Assembly: GCA_964035545.1 (NCBI GenBank)
Contig: CAXIUT010000057.1
Location: forward strand, 75,183 to 103,230
DNA length: 28,048 nucleotides
Reading direction: 5' to 3'
Source of the DNA: Bugula neritina
Taxonomy: Eukaryota; Animalia; Bryozoa
A program made the translations under genes and the position numbers. How positions within the stretch are numbered: the first letter of the stretch is position 1; every line of letters starts with the position of its first letter. Under the pieces are notes generated by a model. That model had not been told where the DNA came from, did no database searches, and saw nothing but the letters and a program-made list of their open reading frames with translations. Below, piece after piece: positions 1 to 11,800 of the stretch.

Positions 1-75
1 CCCAACCCCACCCCAACCCCAACCCCAACCCCAACCCCAACCCCAACCCCAACCCCAACCCCAACCCCAACCCCA
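1..75. repeat. Left telomere, (CCCCAA)n
   Basis: Tandem C4A2 hexamers from base 1 to about 75 (one CCCCA variant), then unique sequence. C4A2 is the Tetrahymena-type ciliate telomere repeat. Confidence 0.98.
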
Positions 76-372
76 TTCAGATTCAATAAAGGGCAGGTGG
101 TATAATCGCCTGTTTATTATGTTAATAATAGTAGTGAGGAGATAGAGGCAAAGTAGATGTGGAAATGCGAGGGATCTTGTAATTATTTTTTTGCTGGCTG
201 GGATGCAGCGTTGATGATTGAAGGGTAGTATGGCAATGGAGATTGTGAATCAGTAAAAGTGACTGTGAAAAAGATAATGGATCCGAAATAAATAAGTTTG
301 CATTTTCTTTTGGAAGTAAATTAAGATTTTGATGATGATTTGCTTCAAGATGCAATTGATTTGCTGCATTGA
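76..372 (+). CDS. 3' fragment of an unknown gene, open from the telomere junction (5'-truncated); about 98 codons
   Basis: With UAR=Glu, frame +1 is open from base 76 to TGA 370-372: FRFNKGQVVESPVYYVNNSSEEIEAKEMWKCEGSCNYFFAGWDAALMIEGEYGNGDCESVKVTVKKIMDPKEISLHFLLEVNEDFDDDLLQDAIDLLH. Coding-like GC content runs right to the telomere and an AT-rich spacer follows the stop. An internal ATG at 157 is an alternative start. Confidence 0.55.
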
Positions 373-467
373 TCAATTTCTATAAAATTATTTAGGTTTA
401 AAATTACTACTAATATCATAATTAATAATTTCTATTTTTATAATTTTTATTGTAATAAAGAGATCTT

Positions 468-3400
468 ATGTAGTTATCAAATGAAAAAATGTTCAAATCG
501 ATTATATCTATAATAGATGAAGATAGCTATCACGAAAGAACAAAAAACCATGGCAATCATTAAAATTATATAAAGAATGGAGAGGAAATATTATTATCAT
601 TATTCAGAAAAAATCATTTTCCTCTTCTTCATCAAATTAATACTAAACTACTAAACAAACAATCACAAAAGACAATCTTGAAACAATCGACAACACTAAT
701 TCTGATGATTAATAAATATAAAGTGATAGATGCAACTATAACAACCATTTCAAAAGAATAAGCGATAAGCCTTCACCATAGATACACTTGATATCTAAAG
801 AATCAAAACAGGAATTAGATAGAAAATGGAAATAATAAAGCTATTCATCGATAGTATAATTTTTAGATCATATCAAAAGTTAAATTCAAAATAATTCCAT
901 CTATAATTAACTAATTAGTTCTTAATTGATATTGGATATTATTAATTATGATAATCAAAGTTTTTTGAATCATAATTAAATTGTAGATCTAATTAGAATA
1001 GTTCTAGAATATATGGTTTTTTGTAAAAATCAATATTTATCGGAATAGAATAAAATAAAATCTTAGTTATTGATGGAATCTTTTACTTAAGTTATTGGTA
1101 AAAAATGGGCTAAATTGTAAAATTAAATATATTTTGAGAATCATGATGTTCTATTGATATTAGTATATATTGTTAAAAATGTTAAAGGAAAAAAATAATG
1201 TTTCCTTGATCTTAATTTTGATTTTTCAGAATAATAAGTCATCAAAATGTCTAATTAAGTTAAAAGATTATGCAGATATGATTTAAGAATAAGAAGCTTT
1301 TGCTTTTTATCGAATTATTTACATTATTGTTGCCTTAAAATGGATTAAAAGGGAGTTAAACTAATTAAATAGAATAAAAATTAAAATAAGTAATAAAAAT
1401 ATTGTCAAAACAACATCCAGCTGCTCCAGCTCTTGAAGGATAAGATTCATTGTTGTTAAAATTTTAATCTTTTGCTGTTGATTATTCAAATTAAATGCCT
1501 ATCCTTGATTTTTAAAACAACTAAACATGTAGAAATTAAATTTTAGAAGAGTTTATATCAAAAAGAGTCGAAGAAGCAAAGTCAAGATTTTAATAATTTA
1601 ATCATTTCATAGAGAAAGCATGTACAAAGTATGGATATCATTATAAATCTGGCTTAAAAGTTAAAAACATGGAGCATCTTAGAGCAGTTAGTCGAGTAAA
1701 ATAAAAAATGTTCAAAAAGCTTTTTAAAAAAGTAGATTTATCTGATTTCTTATAAAAGAATCCTAAAGCTAGAATCCACTAATTTTTATAATATGAGACT
1801 AAAGAATATAAATCAACACTAATTAACATGCTTGACTTGATAAATGAACCTATTATATGGTAAATCGATGATCTCCTAAGAGCTAAGTGTATGTTTTCTA
1901 GTGTTTCAAAGATAAATGAATGTTGTTAATAATTGATAAAATAAATTAAAATAAGAAACTATCGATTAGTTGGAATTAAAAATCGATTAAAAGGCAAAAC
2001 ATCTGATCTTAAACTTACTATTCTTATAGGTAATACAATATGTTAATTACAGTTGGGAATCGATTTTACTGCAATAGATAATGAGTTTAATCATAAGTTA
2101 TACTAATTATTGAGATCTAAATTTTTTAGTCCTTTATTGATGCTTTAGAGATTAAATTAAGCTATAACTAAAGAATTTGTGCAAGATTGTTATTCTAGAA
2201 TCATAGCTCATTAAAAATCTAATATAGACTATTGTTTTCTCATTAAATTTGAAGATACTAATAAACCTTTTCATATATTATTATAATTCTTGAAAAAACA
2301 TACAATCGTTCAGTAAAATATAGATTAATTTCATCCTGATTATAGAAATATAAATCTTTTGACCCAATAAAGATAAATATTTAGAAAACTTTTAGAACTA
2401 CCTGAAATATAAAATAACAATAAAAAAGATTAACTAATAAAGTACAAAAACAATGCTGATTTTTTATTGAATTCAAATTACAAAGAAGCAGGTAAGGCTT
2501 TACGTCAATATCAGTAATATTTTGAGCATAAAAATTATGAATGTTTTTCAGGAACATAAATAATAAGTGAATATAATTAAAATTAAAAGAGTATGCTGAA
2601 ATACAGGTAAAAGTAATGAATTATTATAAAAAATTATCAGCATTTAATAAAGTTATATAGCATTATTATTCAAATAAGAAGTTATTTTAAAAATATCTAT
2701 CTCAAATAAATAGAGCTAAAATATAAAAATGTGTTGGCTCGTCTTACTAACTGATGGGATAACTGTAAAAAGCGCTTCTTCATTATTAAAAAGCATTATC
2801 TTTTGTTGATAATTCTGATCTCAATCTTATCTATTTTTATAGTTTGTCTGGTCAAATTTAAGTGAGAAAAGGAAACTGTTAAAAATCTTTAGAATTATGT
2901 TAGAAAGCGCTAAAACTATGTGAAAATAACATAAGTGATAAAAGAGTGGCATTTTTGAAAGGACAGTGTCTGGTGGTGATGGGTCGAGCATATTTATCAA
3001 GGAAGAGATATTCAGAAGCGATGTAGAATTTTAAAAAGGGATTAGAGTTGATATAAAGAATAAAAGGAAAATACAATATAAATATAATAGCAGTTAATAA
3101 GTCGATTACTAATATTTATATTCAGCAGAATAAATATGAATAAGCTCTTGAGAAATGTTGGAGAAATATTGATATAATATAAAAGAAAAAAGGATATAAC
3201 AGTTTGGCTTGTGTACCTTATTTGAGCAACTTAGCTGTGGTATTGATTTTTTTGTTGAGAAGATAAGAAGCTCTTAGTAAATTAAACATTTGCTATGAGA
3301 TATAATCTCAGCATAATGGTAAAAATTGTTTTGGATGTGGTGATACTTTGACCAATATAAGTTAAATTTAGCATCAAATGATGAAATACAAGAGTTGTCT

Positions 3401-4163
3401 CAGACATCGTATTGAAGCTTTATCGATTAAGGAGTAAATTATCAAAAGAGATAATAGTAAAGGTAAATTTTCATTATGTTTGCCTCTTTAAAATATCGGA
3501 TAAGTATTGAAAGATATGGGATACTGCTAAGAAGCATTTTACTACTTCTTTAAATCTTTTACCATCCTCAATGAGTTGTATGGAGACAATACGATGAAGG
3601 TAGAGTTGATTACTCGCTTTATAGGTCAAAATTTCTTCTAATGGAGAAAATACTCATAAGCCTTACTATGTTTAAATAAATGTTTATAATTAATATAGAA
3701 AAATGTTAACGTTGAGGATAGATCTTCATTGGCAGAGTAATATATAATTATCTATAATACCATCTCTTTAACTTATTCTAGGAAGTGGTAACTGGCAAAT
3801 GCTAAAGTATATGTTGAGAAATCTTTGGAGATCATGAATAAAAGTACGACATTATCGTCTTATTCTCTTTACTATGCTATGAGTATAAATATCAAGGCAA
3901 AGATCCAAACTCAAGAAGGTAATTTATAAGAAGCTTAAAAATATTTTATGTAATCTTGTCATCACTGTTAAAAAAGTAATAACAAATATTTGGAATTCGG
4001 GTATGCGCAACTAGGATTGGCATAAATATAAGAACTAAGAAACAATAACGTGAAAGCTATCAAATATTTCAAAATAGCTTTATAACTATTTGAAGAAGCA
4101 CCCTCAATGAAAAAATATATCTAATAAAAAATAAAATAACTAAAGTTCTCAATCGAACAATGA
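468..4163 (+). CDS. RelA/SpoT-like (NT_Rel-Spo-like) nucleotidyltransferase domain plus C-terminal TPR array (about 10-11 repeats); frame broken at about 610, 1283 and 2580
   Basis: Frame +1 (about 1282-2580) gives GLKVKN..RAVSRVKEK (about 1651-1707), IDDLLRAKCMF (1864-1896), IKNRL (1975-1989), SDLKLTI, ICELQL (2038-2055) and NHKLYELLR (2089-2115). Frame +3 (about 2583-4163) gives TPR repeats such as KCVGSSYELMGELEKALLHYEKALSF and YLSNLAVVLIFLLRREEALSKLNICYEI, with TGA at 4161-4163. The N-terminal part reads in frames +3 (ATG 468) then +2, so the 5' end is uncertain. Confidence 0.72.
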
Positions 4164-4280
4164 TAGTTCTTGAATAAATAATTTTTATATTATAGTAAAT
4201 AGTTATCATGATTGAAATATTTATAAAATACAGAATACTACATTCTTATAAATAATTTCTAAAATCAAATTTAAATAGAA

Positions 4281-6516
4281 ATGGGTCAGAACCAACCGAA
4301 TCCTTTCGAGAAGGGAAGCAACTTCATGTCACAGTACATCATTAATAAAAAATAACAATAGAATATGCAAGTCTATCTAACACATATCAAAACCTAGCAC
4401 TAACATCTACTCAAATAATTAAATTTCAATGAGCTGAGATAGTTTTCGATTGCATGCTAAAAACTTAAAATCAGAAAATCTATCAAAAATAATCATCTGA
4501 CTACATTGGATAGTAAATATATTGTTAGATAGGTTATGAAGAGAGGATAGAAGATACTATGTGTTCGAATTTTTATAAAATTTATAGTTTATGGAATTAT
4601 CCGCATAAATCACTTCAAGATGATCTTTCCTCAAGATCATTGATCAAAAAACAATTTTCTGCTAGCTAGCTCAGAAACCTTCTAACGGCAGTTATCGATG
4701 GAATGAATGCCATGCAGTAAAGATAGTTAAAACATGAATGTTTGAGCACTTAATCTATAAGAAGAGATAGAGATGGAGGTTGGAAGGTGGCTGATCCTAT
4801 GACTGGTTTGACTACTAATATGGATATAGTTTTGAATTAGAGAGCTAAATAAAATTTATATTTGTCGCCTTAGCAATGTCAATCGCTTTTTGAATAAAAA
4901 CCTATTAAGTTTAAAAATTCTTATAAAAATGATGTTTTTACTACTGGTATGATTATTCTTGAATGTGGTTTGATTTAAAATCAAAGGAATTGCTATGATT
5001 AGGGTTATTATGAGATCAAAAAAGATGTCTTGCAATCTCATCTCAATAAATTTCATAGAAAATATGATGATTAAGGACTAAATAAAGTTGTTTAGATCAT
5101 GCTAAGTGAAGATTACTCGAAAAGACCAGATTGGCATCAATTAAGCAAAATAATTGCGAATAACAAAGAAATATCTGTCAAGAGAAATCCAGTTATTAAT
5201 GAGCAAGTATAAAAATAAGAATAAAATTCAAAAATTATGACTAATATACCAGCAGTTCGCACTTCAAAGCCAGAAAATAGTGTTCCCACTCTTCGATCCT
5301 CTCAACCTTAAAACTATATGCCAACTATTCAACCATCTAGACCATAAAATCTTCCTCCTCTTCCTTATAGAACCTCAAGGTTATAAACGAGTCAAGTTCC
5401 TATAAATACAAGATTATTTAACAAATAGAAATCGATCATTGAACCCAAAACATAAAAATTATCAAATAGCAAAGTCAATCCTATAACAAGAATAAATTTT
5501 ATTTCACCAGCTAAGTCACCAAACATTCAGTCGTAAGTGAAGCAAACATCTATAATTCAAAAATAAATCAACCAAAATTCAATCGTACAAGGATAGAGCA
5601 ATAGAGTATCAACAGTCTATGCTAATGCTTCAGTTAAGGCCCAATAGCCAGTATCTCCAAGGTCACCTAGATCTCCAGGACAAAGAAACGTCAGTTTCAA
5701 TATAGTTCCAAGTGCTAATAACAACAAATCAACTCTCAATCCAGTAAGAAGCAACGTTTCTGAAAACATATCATACCAAAATAGCGTTCATTCAGTGGCG
5801 TATCAGCAAAATCCAATTAAAATATCTGAACCTATGATAGTTAAAAAGTAGAGCTAGCCTTTCCAGTAGATATTCAAGGCTCCTTAAAACTATCAGCATG
5901 TAACTTAGTTGAAAACCTATTATCATTCATCTGGCAAATAAAAATAAAATGTAATGATGACTCCTAAATAAAATCATATCAATATTGAGAAAACAAATGA
6001 ATAGGCTCAATATGTTCAATAGTTTTTCCAAAGAGGAAGTAAGTACGAGGGGTACAAGTTGAATGGAGTGAGGCATGGAAAGGGAAGATTTTACTATCAA
6101 GATGGAGGCAGCTATGATGGCGAGTGGAAAGACAACAAAATGAATGGATTTGGTGTTCTATACTATCAGTCAAACATCAAAGCCTATGAAGGGGAGTGGC
6201 TCAATGACTAGTTCAATGGTTTTGGTAAGTTGTACAACTAGAATCCAACTACTATGCATAATAGTTTCAATTATAACAACTTTGATGAGATGGAAGATGA
6301 CTGGGTCAGTTACTAAGGTATTTGATAGATAATATAGGTAATTTTAAGAAAGATGCTAAGGATGGGGAAGGTTTGATGGTTTTTTCTAATGGTTAGTAGT
6401 TCAAGGGATGGTTCAGAGATGATTTAGTTGAAGGTCAAGGAGTATTTGTCACCAAAAATAAATAAATTATTAAAGGAATTTGGCGTTAAAATCAACTTAT
6501 TCAACTTCTCAATTGA
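4281..6516 (+). CDS. Pseudokinase (N-terminal) + S/P/Q/N-rich linker + MORN-repeat protein; exons 4281-4512, 4533-6317, 6338-6516
   Basis: Starts MGQNQ (possible Gly2 myristoylation). Kinase-fold motifs are HLLKEL, LKHECLSTESI (HRD lost), WKVADP, YLSPE, KNDVFTTG and KRPDW. MORN repeats include YEGYKLNGVRHGKGRFYYQDGGSYDGEWKDNKMNGFG. Two 20-nt introns restore the frame, and TGA is at 6514-6516. Confidence 0.88.
4513..4532 (+). other. 20-nt spliceosomal intron
   Basis: gtaaatatattgttagatag; its removal joins frame +3 to the kinase-like frame +2. Confidence 0.85.
6318..6337 (+). other. 20-nt spliceosomal intron
   Basis: gtatttgatagataatatag; its removal restores the MORN motif SYEGNFKKDAKDGEG. 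Confidence 0.9.
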
Positions 6517-6576
6517 TTTCTATTATTAACACAATAAACTCTATAATTTACAAATAATTATTTATACAATATTCAA

Positions 6577-8757
6577 ATGTAGCCATCAAAAGATAACAAC
6601 AACCTCTTCTAGGTCCTATAAAGAGGAGACAGACATATTCTCAAAGCCCATACGAAAGCAATAGTTCTTGTGGGTCTGACAAGAGCAGGAAAATCAACTA
6701 CATTCAACTGGATGCTGAACAAGCCAATGCTCGGCCAAGGCAAATTAATGACATATTACACTAACCTGATAAATGATGACAGTGTTGCTTAGTTGGGGAC
6801 ATACTATACATCTGTGACTTTGGCACCGAATATTTATGTCTAATTTGGGTAGAGTTAAAGTTTGATAGATATGGCGGGTTATTGCGATTCTAGAGATTAT
6901 GTTGGTGTGATAGGAGTGTCGTATTTTCTTAAAGCTATATTTTAGAAAGTTAGGTTTGTTAAATTTATATTGGTTTTTGATTAGCATAGATTTATTGAGG
7001 AAACTGGTGAAGGCATCATAAAAACATTTAACAATTTTATCAATATGTTCAAAATCAATAAAATGACTACAAATATGAAATAAAAACTGAAGCAGTCGAT
7101 GGGCATAGTGGTAACTCGTTCGAAACGAGGACAGGATCATTATTAGTATATGGGTTAGGTGGCTGATCGACTGAGACATCCATCTCTTCATGTATAAAAC
7201 AAATAATTTGTTGTATAATTGATTGAATCCCTCAGAGATTCGGGTCGGATGTAGGATTTCAGAGCTGCTGTTAAGGATACTAATCCTGAGCAATGTAGAT
7301 TTGTTAAGAGGTTTAATGATAAGCTAAAATGGAGTTATTTTGATTTGAATCAGATCTAGAAGTAACTGGGTTAGTCTATAATTGAGTTACCAATATAGAA
7401 ATAATTTAATTTGTTAAAATAATAGCAAAAATATTAGTTTATTAGTGCAATTGATAACAAGATGCAATCGTATACTTAGTTTTCTTAATTGGTGGGTTCT
7501 TTTGCGTAGATGTTCAGGTAGAATTGGTCAAATTTTATAAATAACTACAAATAAAACAATACAATCAAGTTGTAGATATTTGATATGAGGAAAGGATTCA
7601 AATAGATAGATCGATATATAAGTAAAAATTATGTGTATCAATAAGAATAGTAAAAATCAATCAAAGTGTCATATTAATCTATGAGCATAATAAAATCAAT
7701 ATAGAAAATAATGAAAATCTATGATATTGTTCTCAGCATGGGCGAGCATAATGGGACGTAGACATTTGATTGGATGATGTAAAAATTTACAACAGAATAT
7801 ATCCAAATAGTTGATAACATCAAATATTTCATAACAGATAAACAAGAATAATAAAATCTAAATAAACTAAAATATCTACTAACTCGAGGCTGCAGATAGT
7901 TTTCAAAATTATACCAACTTCAGCCATAAAGCATCCATGAAGTTAAGTGTAGGATACCGGATAGTATGAATACTATTTTTAATTATAGTAAAAAATAATT
8001 TATATCGTTTTTTGTTGATTAGTTTACAGGTGATTTAGTTGGTTTGTTGTTTCAATCGGTGGAGCAGATAGAGGAGTATTAGGGTTTTATTCATTGGTAT
8101 TAGAATTAGTTTGGAGAGGAGAGGGATCCTTTGTTTATGTGCTAGAAGCGGTCGGATATTTAGATTTGTAAGGCTGGTGTTATGAATAGAGAGGGGAAAA
8201 AGTATAAGGCTTTTCATTGTTATTTGCAATTATTTAGAATCTATTTTCAGATATAAAAATATATAAATCATAATGATACTTAAAATAAATAAAGATAAAT
8301 GCAGTAGTTGTATCTAAAAAAGGTGAGGTTAGTTCGCAAGATGGTTCCTATCTTAAAAACAATGCCCTAGACATAATTTTTACCCAAAATATATGCGTTG
8401 CAATTATGCCAGCATCTAAAGATGGTTGATGATGCCTGCTAGATATATTAAACTATTATAAATTCTAGTAGTATACATGTAAGTTAGCGACATAGAATAT
8501 GCAGGGACTATTCGGATTATTGTTGTTAGTGGGGGAGAATAGACTATGCTATCAGATTGTATTAAAAAATGATGATAGAAGTTGATGATTTTGAGAAACA
8601 AACGTAGATAGTCAATATTCTTATCGATATCAAAAAAGATTATAAGAATATAGTTGCTAATTCGATTAAGAAATGGAATGATTGGAGCAAAATGGAAGAT
8701 AGTCAATATTTATAGCAAAAAATAGATTAATTGGAATTATTGGCACCCAAAGAATGA
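6577..8757 (+). CDS. TRAFAC P-loop GTPase (AIG1/GIMAP/MMR_HSR1-like G domain) with long helical C-terminus ending in TPR-like helices; 726 aa, intronless
   Basis: Uninterrupted frame from ATG 6577 to TGA 8755-8757. G1 is GLTRAGKS (6673-6696), G2 is TSVT, G3 is LIDMAGYCDSR (DMAG at 6868-6879) and a G4-like IVVTR lies near 7105-7119. Confidence 0.85.
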
Positions 8758-8803
8758 TTATTCGTAATATTATCTTTTATTTTATAAATTATTATTGTAT
8801 TTA

Positions 8804-11800
8804 TCAGTAATCTAGTTATCTGACTTTTGGCATGAAATAAAATTTAGCTGCTGCTAGAAATCTCATTGCATACTAATTCGGAGGTAGTACAGTGGGTTAA
8901 TGTCCATATTTTAGCTATTTGAATTTCTTTTAGACCATTTATTTGAAGTGATATGGTCGCATGAAATCGATCACTCCCATCCTCAAAGTCTATCCATACT
9001 AAATCACCAATAAAGAGTAGTCTATAACTTCATGTTTGCTTAGAAAATGTATATCTTCTTGAAGGGTATCATAGAAATGTTTGAAGATGGGTTATTATAG
9101 CAGATATGGTTGACTATTCTTATCTATTTTTAAATTAATATCAAGTCCTGTAAATTTTTATCTAACTGAAGGTATTTTAGTCCGATTTATCTATGAACCC
9201 TTGAGATCGTAGACTTTGAATATGCCTTAATCTAAATTAAAAAATAAATTTTGCATTACTATGCATTTATATGAATTACCTCTTATTGTTAATTAGTATA
9301 ATCCATATATTTTAGTTAATATGCTATTTCTGCCACTGCTTTTAGCTTATTTCATATGATTCAAATATCCACAAGCAAATTTTTGAAACTAAATAAACTA
9401 TGATTCCTTTATAGTTTTAATCACTAAAAGAGAATCTCTAGATTTGGCAAATAAAGAATTACTTTTCCCTCCAGAAACTTACCATCTCTCGACACTTGCA
9501 AAACTACGGACATACATTTCATAAGATATCCCTTCTCCCTTGCGAATCTATTCGAATTACTGATGGTAATAAGCTACCATTTCATAGCTCTATCTTGTTA
9601 TCTAGTCCTAGTTCATGTCTTAATATTTAAGTTAGTCTATTTCTCTCTTGATGTCCCAGTTAGTTGAAAGATGTTTGCTTATGACAATATTGATTCTCAT
9701 GGAATCAGTGTTCTGGTTATTGCTTTTATCGAGTTGATCACCAAATTCAATAGAATTAAGTCCATAAGCTAGGATGGAGATGTGGTCTTTGTAGTTGAGG
9801 TCGTTGAAGTAGAGGTAGAGTCCTTTTTTTAGTTGATATCTCTTTTTTTTCATTTAATCTAAAAATGGTTTCATTGCTGAACTTTTATATTCAATATTTT
9901 TTAAAGAAAAACTTATGCTATTTTGTCTCTTAGGGTATCTAGATTATGTATCTTCACTGGCATCTTTTGATAGTTATTTTTACATTACGATTTATTATAT
10001 TTAAATAGGTGCAAATTCTTATTTCTTTTATTCTTTATGATCATTACTGATCTTAAAAAATAACTTCTAGATAATATTCATTTCTCCAACATCATTGCTT
10101 TTCTTTCTAAATAACTTATCTAAATCTGGAACAAGTTGATCATTGGATTTTCCTTCATATTATTATTCTTCACTAATTTTCATTTAAATATCAGGTATAT
10201 TGACTTTCTTTTTATCAATTTTATTTTAAATATAATTCAATATCTATACAGCAGTTTTGATGATATAATCTATTTTAGCAAATTATCTGATAAAATATGT
10301 CCAATCAGTATGTTAAGTAACTTACTTGTTCTTAGATCTCTAATTTAATTCTTTTAAATGTTAGTCTACTTTTTATATTATTTTTGATAACTTTTTAATA
10401 CGATCATATCTATCATTAAATTTATTATCGTTTTAGGTTGTTAGTTTTACCTGTTAGAAGTAATTCAAAGTATTGAAGATCCAGTTGCTGAGAATATTCA
10501 GATAGTTGTTTCTTATTGTACTAGATCTCTAATAAAATTATAAAATATACTAAATTATTTTTAACTATATATATTTTAGTGATTTTTTATCGAATATATT
10601 GATGTTCTATATTTTGTATGTTTTCAGGTTGAAAATTTATAATTTGAATTACATGTTTGATGTTTATAGGTATCTTTAGACTGCACTATGTTTGCATTCT
10701 TAGATATCTTGGCTTATTGAAGAACTTTTTCTATAGTTTATTTTTGTTTATTACTAGTTGACGTAATGAGCTGATGAGATTAATTTTAGAAAGTAGTGGA
10801 AACTGTGTTTGAGATAATTTTTTCCTATTTTTGATTTATTTGTTACTATCTATCCGCATTACTAGCATTTGAAATAGCTGAATATATTTGAATTTTATTT
10901 ATATTTTTTAAGAAAATTTCTCATATGTTATCTAGTGAGATCTCTTTAGTTCCAAATCAAGGGCTAGGATTGTTAGTTTAGTCGCCTTGCGCTGATTTAT
11001 ACTCCTCGAGAGTTGAAGTAGTAGCGTTATCGATGACAAAATTTACAATTTCTACAATTTTTTAGTAAATTAGCTGACATACTTAATAGAAAATGGCCTA
11101 TTGTAATATCTTGATGAGAATAGGGTTTTATTTTATAGTATGTACTTTATCCACAAAGATCAAGGATAGATTAACGACCCATCAAATGACAATATTCTTA
11201 TTATTTTTTATCCAAATCAACGCTTTTCATTTCTTTTAGAGCCATTTTATAAAAAACAATTGAAAAAGATTTCAAAGTATCTACAATAAAACTATATTCC
11301 ATATTAAGTCTATTCAACCTTGATGATAAAATATAGGTCCTATCATTCCACATCTAAGCATCGACATAGATAAGATATTTCTATAGATGGATTTGTCTGA
11401 TAAGTATTAGAAGTAGATGTAGCATTTTCGTTAGTTGTTTTTGACTTTATTGGTCTTTTTAGCTGAGTACTAAAGTGTAGATTCCTTTATCTTTTTATAA
11501 GTAGATCAGAGATTCTTTGATGGTTGGTTTGCTATAGGTTGTCATTGAATTTAGTTGTCCAACGAATCGTTATTTTTAGTATTTATGGACAGTTAATATA
11601 TTTTTGATTGTATTTTTGATGCCTGATAATTATGCTATTTTTTGCATTTATTTTTTGCTTAATCCATTAATAACACATATTTTTTGTTGATTAAAATAAT
11701 TCAATATCTCCCTATTGATATTCTTTTCCACAAATATGATATCAGGATTCAATCTCATAATCTTCTCCTCTAACAACTGATAAATACTATTCTATTTCTA

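Noticed and set aside
1-75. Variant telomere units (CCCCA at the left end; G5 near 28030) as a mixed telomerase template; terminal repeats as CRISPR or satellite
   Set aside because: Single-base homopolymer variants are best explained by read error or telomerase slippage. There are no spacers or cas genes, and the context is eukaryotic.
122-376. Minus-strand 84-aa ORF from the track, with faint kinase-like look (ISDP)
   Set aside because: It has no in-frame ATG, and the plus-strand frame 76-372 is more protein-like and ends in TGA before an AT-rich spacer.
1279-1281. TGA read-through (Trp/Cys/Sec) in the RelA-like gene
   Set aside because: The upstream protein-like sequence is in a different frame, so a frame change rather than read-through is required. 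Trp is TGG elsewhere.
600-2590. Canonical programmed -1 slippery sites or Euplotes-type AAA-TAR +1 frameshifting
   Set aside because: Only the first site fits X XXY YYZ. TAR is a sense codon here, and AAA-TAA occurs often in intact frames.
9259-9279. Intron-like GTAATTCATATAAATGCATAG (21 nt) in Fab1
   Set aside because: Read-through is in frame and supplies the conserved CIVMQNLF kinase segment, so no splicing is needed.
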